A stretch of 29,685 nucleotides of DNA from a virus (Duplodnaviria > Caudoviricetes): IMG/VR virus record IMGVR_UViG_3300005077_000083, positions 1 to 29,685 of that record; one strand, written 5' to 3'. How positions within the stretch are numbered: the first letter of the stretch is position 1; each line of letters begins with the position of its first letter. Below the pieces are notes generated by a model. It saw only the letters and a program-made list of their open reading frames with translations. It ran no database searches and was not told the DNA's origin. Shown here piece by piece: positions 25,696 through 29,685 of the stretch. Position numbers and translations under genes: made by a program.

Positions 25696-25762
25696 ATGAA
25701 TTCAGCCCGGCAATGACCGCAATAATGAAGATAAAAAAGCACGCTGCGGCTAAATACAACAT
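25694..25762 (-). CDS. 22-aa hydrophobic peptide
   Basis: MLYLAAACFFIFIIAVIAGLNS; purine-rich RBS; stop overlaps site 12. Confidence 0.4.
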   Translation of the reverse strand: MLYLAAACFFIFIIAVIAGLNS

Positions 25763-25811
25763 GTCATCCACCCTCACAATATACCTTCACAAGCGCAGCA
25801 TTTGTTGTTGC

Positions 25812-26210
25812 CTAATCGTTTATTGCCCGCGTCGATGATAAATCCGCATCCGGGGCAACGCTCGATGCGTGCTCGCGTGCCAGGTGATTGTTCAGATAGC
25901 CCGCCTTGGCAAACGTCCGCTCGCAGTTCGGGCAGGCATAGGTCGTCGTCGAGGCCGGGGCCGTACCACGGCGGGCGCCACGTGCGGCTTTTGGGGCGTG
26001 TTGCGTTCGCGTCCTGTCAGCGGCCTTCGCCTTTACCACGTCAGCCTGAGACGGATGCGGGGGTGGAAGCAAGTCAACCAGATGGTGCTGAATCAGGTCG
26101 GCGGCCAGGTGCAACCGGCCAAATTCTGCTGGAAAATGCGCGACGATTTTACTGGCGATGTCGTGCAGATCGCGCAAGGTATCCTCAAGGGAAAACTCGT
26201 TCATGCTCAC
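25812..26210 (-). CDS. C2H2 zinc-finger protein
   Basis: 'YACPNCERTFAKAGYLNNHLAREH'. Confidence 0.75.
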   Translation of the reverse strand: MSMNEFSLEDTLRDLHDIASKIVAHFPAEFGRLHLAADLIQHHLVDLLPPPHPSQADVVKAKAADRTRTQHAPKAARGARRGTAPASTTTYACPNCERTFAKAGYLNNHLAREHASSVAPDADLSSTRAIND

Positions 26211-26281
26211 CTCAAGTGAACTCTATAACGCGCATGGCCTCCGGTGGCGTCCCCTGGGGGAGCGCGCGGAGGCCATACACA

Positions 26282-26485
26282 TTACGCTGCGCCGATGTTC
26301 CCGGCGATTGCTACACGTTCGCCGGTGTCCGGCTTTTCAGCGCATGGCTCTGGAGCATCGTCAACCAATCGTTGGATCGCCTGGCTGAACTTGCGGATTT
26401 TGAGGGCGTTCATTATCCGCTCTACCTTCGCAACCTGAGAAGGGTAGAGGGTTACGTTCTGAGCTACGGCACGTTCCTCATCCAT
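26282..26485 (-). CDS. Cro-position ribbon-helix-helix-like regulator
   Basis: 'QNVTLYPSQVAKVERI...FSQAIQRLVD'; AGGAG RBS; divergent from the repressor. Confidence 0.65.
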   Translation of the reverse strand: MDEERAVAQNVTLYPSQVAKVERIMNALKIRKFSQAIQRLVDDAPEPCAEKPDTGERVAIAGNIGAA

Positions 26486-26522
26486 CTTGACTCCTTTACA
26501 GATAATCTTGAATACATTCCAG

Positions 26523-26552
26523 ATTGTAGCATGCAATGTGGTAAAATGTCAA
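26523..26552 (-). promoter_or_regulatory. Early lytic promoter
   Basis: TTGACA-18 bp-TACAAT with extended -10 TG in the AT-rich divergent gap; AATACATT repeated at 26511 and 26551. Confidence 0.7.
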
Positions 26553-26609
26553 TACATTACAAATTATTCGCACCAAATTCATAAAAACTCGTAGTACGAT
26601 ATTGCAAGC

Positions 26610-26978
26610 ATGGAATCATTTACTGATTGGCTCAACGAAGAGTTAGAACGACGTGGATGGTCGCGCAGCGAGGCAGCCAGACGTGGTAACGTCTCGGATT
26701 CGATGTGGGCCAAAGTCATTGGAGGATTTTCTCAGCCCGGCCCTGATTTCTTGATAGGCGTTGCCCGCGCCTTTGGCATAACTAGACGAGAGGTCTTTGA
26801 ACGCGCTGGCATGATAGAGTCCATCACCCCAATGGACGAAACAACAGTACACGACATCAACGAAGCCTTTGCGTTCCTCAGCCCAGAGGAACGCGCCATA
26901 TGGCTAAAGATGCTTCTCAGCTATGCCTCTGACAAACGTCGTGGATTGGAAACTAGTCCTTCAGACAATCGCGCTTGA
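26610..26978 (+). CDS. XRE-family HTH phage repressor (CI-like)
   Basis: 'FTDWLNEELERRGWSRSEAARRGNVSDS...PGPDFLIGVARAFG'. Confidence 0.88.
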   Translation: MESFTDWLNEELERRGWSRSEAARRGNVSDSMWAKVIGGFSQPGPDFLIGVARAFGITRREVFERAGMIESITPMDETTVHDINEAFAFLSPEERAIWLKMLLSYASDKRRGLETSPSDNRA

Positions 26979-27106
26979 TTGGGTGTTACTCTTTCATGTC
27001 CCGCGCAGCGAGTGGGGCATTATCCTGGATGGAATGCGCGCCCGTCCAACACGCCGCTGGCAAATCGTTCGCCTGGGCCCAGTCATCCTCGGTGCAGGGT
27101 AGGGGG

Positions 27107-27730
27107 ATGAACAAGCACCTTTACAACGCCGCCGCCGCGCTTCTCATCATCGTGCCGGTCTGTTGTGGCCTGGCCGCCCTGGGTGGCGCCATCACCTACG
27201 CCATCCGGCCGCCGGCTGCCGCCGTCGAGCCAACGCAGCCCTACATCATCACCCGCTCGGCCCGGCCAGCACCGGCCACGTCGGCGCCGCGCTCCATCGA
27301 GATTCCAATGGCACAGCCAACCCAAGCGCCCGCATCGGCGCCAACCAAATCACTTGCAACGCCAACAATGACGCAGGTTTTACCGTCAGCAACCAGGTCG
27401 CCCACTGCGCGCGCATCGGACACATCCAGGCCATCGAGCGCGGCTACGAACACATCGCTGCCCGTCATGGTTCAGCCTACGGCAATTCCAACAGCGCAAC
27501 CAACGGCACCCGCACGGCCAAGCATCACGCCCTGGCCCACCTCGACGTCCGCGCCGACGTATGAATCATCCGATTGCCCATGCGAGCAAGGCAACGTAAT
27601 GAATTGCCCAGACTTTCATAGTCAGGCACAAGCACAGGCTTGCTTCATAAAATGTGGCGGTCTGGGGAATGACATTCACGACCTGGATAGAGACCATGAT
27701 GGATTAGCCTGCGAGGACACTGTGTATTGA
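27107..27730 (+). CDS. Membrane-anchored Pro/Thr/Ser-stalk protein with C-terminal Excalibur-like Ca-binding domain
   Basis: N-terminal TM, long P/T/S/A linker, 'NCPDFHSQAQAQACF...DLDRDHDGLACE'. Confidence 0.78.
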   Translation: MNKHLYNAAAALLIIVPVCCGLAALGGAITYAIRPPAAAVEPTQPYIITRSARPAPATSAPRSIEIPMAQPTQAPASAPTKSLATPTMTQVLPSATRSPTARASDTSRPSSAATNTSLPVMVQPTAIPTAQPTAPARPSITPWPTSTSAPTYESSDCPCEQGNVMNCPDFHSQAQAQACFIKCGGLGNDIHDLDRDHDGLACEDTVY

Positions 27731-27750
27731 TAACCTGCATTACCGATACA
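27723..27750 (+). repeat. dif/Xer-like 28-bp site 13
   Basis: TGTATTGATAA-CCTGCA-TTACCGATACA; contains the stop codon of the upstream gene. Confidence 0.82.
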
Positions 27751-27891
27751 GCCAAATCGAGGAAAAACAGAAGCGAAAGAATAGAGGAAAACGCGCAACC
27801 GCTGCGCACTTTATTCGCGGCAACCGACGCGCACATAGGCATGTCCACAGACATGCTATGTGTTCACCGGTAAGGGGTTGGAACCTGATAG

Positions 27892-27938
<47 letters not shown>

Positions 27939-27942
27939 CCAA

Positions 27943-27990
27943 ACCGATGAGCACATAGGCAACCCACCCAGCCAATCATGTGCTCATCGG
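27943..27990. other. 14-bp-stem inverted repeat downstream of the att core
   Basis: ACCGATGAGCACAT ... ATGTGCTCATCGGT. Confidence 0.6.
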
Positions 27991-28125
27991 TGCGACCCAG
28001 GCGAGCAAAACGCCCTACCGCTGCCCACTCGACTCCTCTGTTCTTCCGGTATAAAAAAACGTCTCACCCAATTACCTGTACTGGTTTCACATTACCGAAA
28101 CAGGCGTTCTAGAACCGGAGGACAC

Positions 28126-29055
28126 ATGACTAGCCTACCACTTTCCCAAGCCATCGACGGATACATGCTCGATGCGGGCGCGCGCCGACTCAGCCCCAAT
28201 ACCATTGTATTTTACCAACACATCTTCAATCGCTTCCAACGCTTCTTCGAAGGCGATCCCGACATCGGCGACATCACCAAGCAAGACATCCAGCGTTTTA
28301 TGCTCGGCCTGGATCATCTCAGCGGCAAAACCGCGTTGGGGCACCACACCGGCCTCAGCGCCCTATGGCGCTGGGCGCTCGGCGAGGACCTGGTCGAGCG
28401 CAACATCGTCCGCGACATCGCCCCGCCCGAGCCGGAAGAGCGTGTGATCGCCCCCTTCACCGAGGCCGAGATAAAATCACTCCTGTCCGCCGTGGATAAA
28501 TCCACGCCCTACACGCGCCCCGGCAAGCGCGAATGTCAGCACGCCAACCCCACCGCGCAGCGCAACCGCGTCATCATCTATATACTGCTCGATACGGGGA
28601 TCCGCGCCTCAGAGTTATGCGGGCTGCGCCTCCGCGACGTAGACCTCAAAGCGCGTCACATCCTGGTAATGGGGAAAGGGTCCAAAGAACGCCAGATTCC
28701 CTTCAGTGAATCCACCGGCAAGCTACTCTGGCGCTACATCGCCCTGCGCAAAGAAGAACGGGTAGACGCCATTCTGTTTCCCAGCTCGAGGTCTGGCCGG
28801 CCGCTCCCGGCCCGCGAGCTGTACCACGTCATCATGCGGATCGGCGGGCGCGCCGGCGTCGCCGATGCGCACCCACACCGCTTTCGCCACACCTTCGCCA
28901 TTCAATTCCTGCGCAACCACGGGGACATCTACACGCTCCAGCGCATCTTGGGCCACACCACGCTGGATATGGTCAAGCGTTATCTCGCCATTGCCCAGAC
29001 AGACATCGAGGCGGCCCACCGGGTCGCCTCGCCTGTCGCCAACTGGCGGCTCTAG
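28126..29055 (+). CDS. int: Tyrosine integrase
   Basis: ATG at 28126 after GGAGG; 'LLDTGIRASEL', 'VMGKGSKER', 'HPHRFRHTFA', 'LGHTTLDMVKRY'. Confidence 0.95.
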   Translation: MTSLPLSQAIDGYMLDAGARRLSPNTIVFYQHIFNRFQRFFEGDPDIGDITKQDIQRFMLGLDHLSGKTALGHHTGLSALWRWALGEDLVERNIVRDIAPPEPEERVIAPFTEAEIKSLLSAVDKSTPYTRPGKRECQHANPTAQRNRVIIYILLDTGIRASELCGLRLRDVDLKARHILVMGKGSKERQIPFSESTGKLLWRYIALRKEERVDAILFPSSRSGRPLPARELYHVIMRIGGRAGVADAHPHRFRHTFAIQFLRNHGDIYTLQRILGHTTLDMVKRYLAIAQTDIEAAHRVASPVANWRL

Positions 29056-29076
29056 CTCCGAGTATTTAGTGTAATA

Positions 29077-29105
29077 TTGACACCACTATCTAAACTTGGT
29101 ACAAT
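29077..29105 (+). promoter_or_regulatory. Near-consensus sigma70 promoter
   Basis: TTGACA-17 bp-TACAAT with extended -10 TG. Confidence 0.8.
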
Positions 29106-29111
29106 TGAGTT

Positions 29112-29200
29112 GGACCTTGGCGAACACGAGAGGATCGCCATCGCTGGCCGTGGCCCGGCCAGGTATCCCATGTCCCCTCTGTGGCAAGAGGGGATTTTGT
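29112..29200 (+). ncRNA. Candidate ~90-nt small RNA with three hairpins
   Basis: Lies between the promoter and terminator. Stems TGGCGA/TCGCCA, CTGGCCG/CGGCCAG, TCCCCTCT/AGAGGGGA. No credible ORF. Confidence 0.55.
29173..29200 (+). terminator. Intrinsic terminator (may also end the convergent late transcript)
   Basis: TCCCCTCT-GTGGCA-AGAGGGGA-TTTTGT. Confidence 0.7.
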
Positions 29201-29422
29201 TCATACTGCCGCCAGCAGCTTGTACGTTGTAGCGGTTCCATTCACATAGATGATGAGTGTCACGTATCCGGCGGCCGCTGGCGCGGTCGTCGTATAGGGA
29301 CCGATTTGCCCAATCATGGCGCGCTTTTCCAGTTCATCCACCCGCGCGCGCAAGGCCGCCACCTCGTCCAGCACATTGCCAACCACGTGGTCGCGTTCGA
29401 GTAACTGATGCGCTACGCCCAC
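29201..29422 (-). CDS. Small tail-associated protein, last gene of the late operon
   Basis: GTG start after GGAGGTG; coiled coil 'LRARVDELEKR' plus beta-rich tail. Confidence 0.6.
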   Translation of the reverse strand: MGVAHQLLERDHVVGNVLDEVAALRARVDELEKRAMIGQIGPYTTTAPAAAGYVTLIIYVNGTATTYKLLAAV

Positions 29423-29685
29423 TCTATCACCTCCAGCGCGCAGGTGCCGTCGGGGAACCACTCGCGCGAAACAATGCGCACATTCCCATCATACGCCCAC
29501 TCGGACGATTTTAGAAACAGTTGAGCTTTCACAATGTCCCCCACGTCATACGCCGCAAACATCGCCGGCTCAGTGTTCGTCGCGCGCCCGATGGAAATGT
29601 GATTTTCTGCCCAGGCCACCGTTGCCACGCGCGCCGCCGCCGTCGCCGTCAACGTCGCCTGGCTGGCCTGGCCGGTTGCGGTTTC
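29413..29685 (-). CDS. C-terminus of a siphovirus minor tail/hub protein (5' end outside window)
   Basis: Open to the window edge; 'YDVGDIVKAQL...VRIVSREW' is typical of tail hub C-termini. Confidence 0.6.
   Translation of the reverse strand, partial: ETATGQASQATLTATAAARVATVAWAENHISIGRATNTEPAMFAAYDVGDIVKAQLFLKSSEWAYDGNVRIVSREWFPDGTCALEVIEWA

Noticed and set aside
25620-25742. N-terminal extension of the second recombinase (445-aa ORF call)
   Set aside because: It crosses site 12 and a hairpin; ATG at 25619 is more plausible.
451-26584. Numerous plus-strand ORFs in the track (e.g. 1826-2500, 6648-7550, 12823-13629, 25802-26584)
   Set aside because: Antisense shadows of well-supported minus-strand genes in GC-rich DNA, with no recognisable motifs.
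1693-27750. Integron attC array or L5-type stoperators as the explanation of the 28-bp sites
   Set aside because: The sites lack attC-style long hairpins with GTTRRRY ends. Stoperators are asymmetric and oriented with transcription, whereas these are dyads in mixed orientation. A general operator role is not fully excluded.
29096-29404. Plus-strand 102-aa ORF after the integrase
   Set aside because: It starts within the promoter's -10 region, crosses a terminator and is antisense to a tail gene.

Overview
The window looks like most of a temperate, GC-rich siphovirus genome in its excised/circular form: the attP core (3' half of a tRNA-Pro) has phage genes on both sides, and minus-strand tail genes run off both window ends. 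Gene order is tail (Dit-like, tape measure, frameshifted chaperone, major tail), neck, capsid, scaffold, portal, terminase, holin-like gene, putative origin and DnaA-N-domain initiator, a membrane/lipoprotein cluster, ParB-like protein, Cas4-like nuclease, a second tyrosine recombinase, the Cro/CI switch, attP and integrase. Product names come from recognising motifs and synteny by eye; no search was run. A Chloroflexota host is my guess only. The main unexplained signal is a set of 13 dif/Xer-like 28-bp sites (11-bp arm, 6-bp spacer, 11-bp arm; core GRTAA-N6-TTACC). They recur every ~2.2 kb (1.6-2.7 kb), mostly just after stop codons, each with a different spacer and in mixed orientation. Also notable: a candidate ~90-nt sRNA, a helically phased TTCCGGCA array inside a gene, a 14-bp palindrome in four copies, a Gre-CTD-only protein and a glycosyltransferase in the tail operon.
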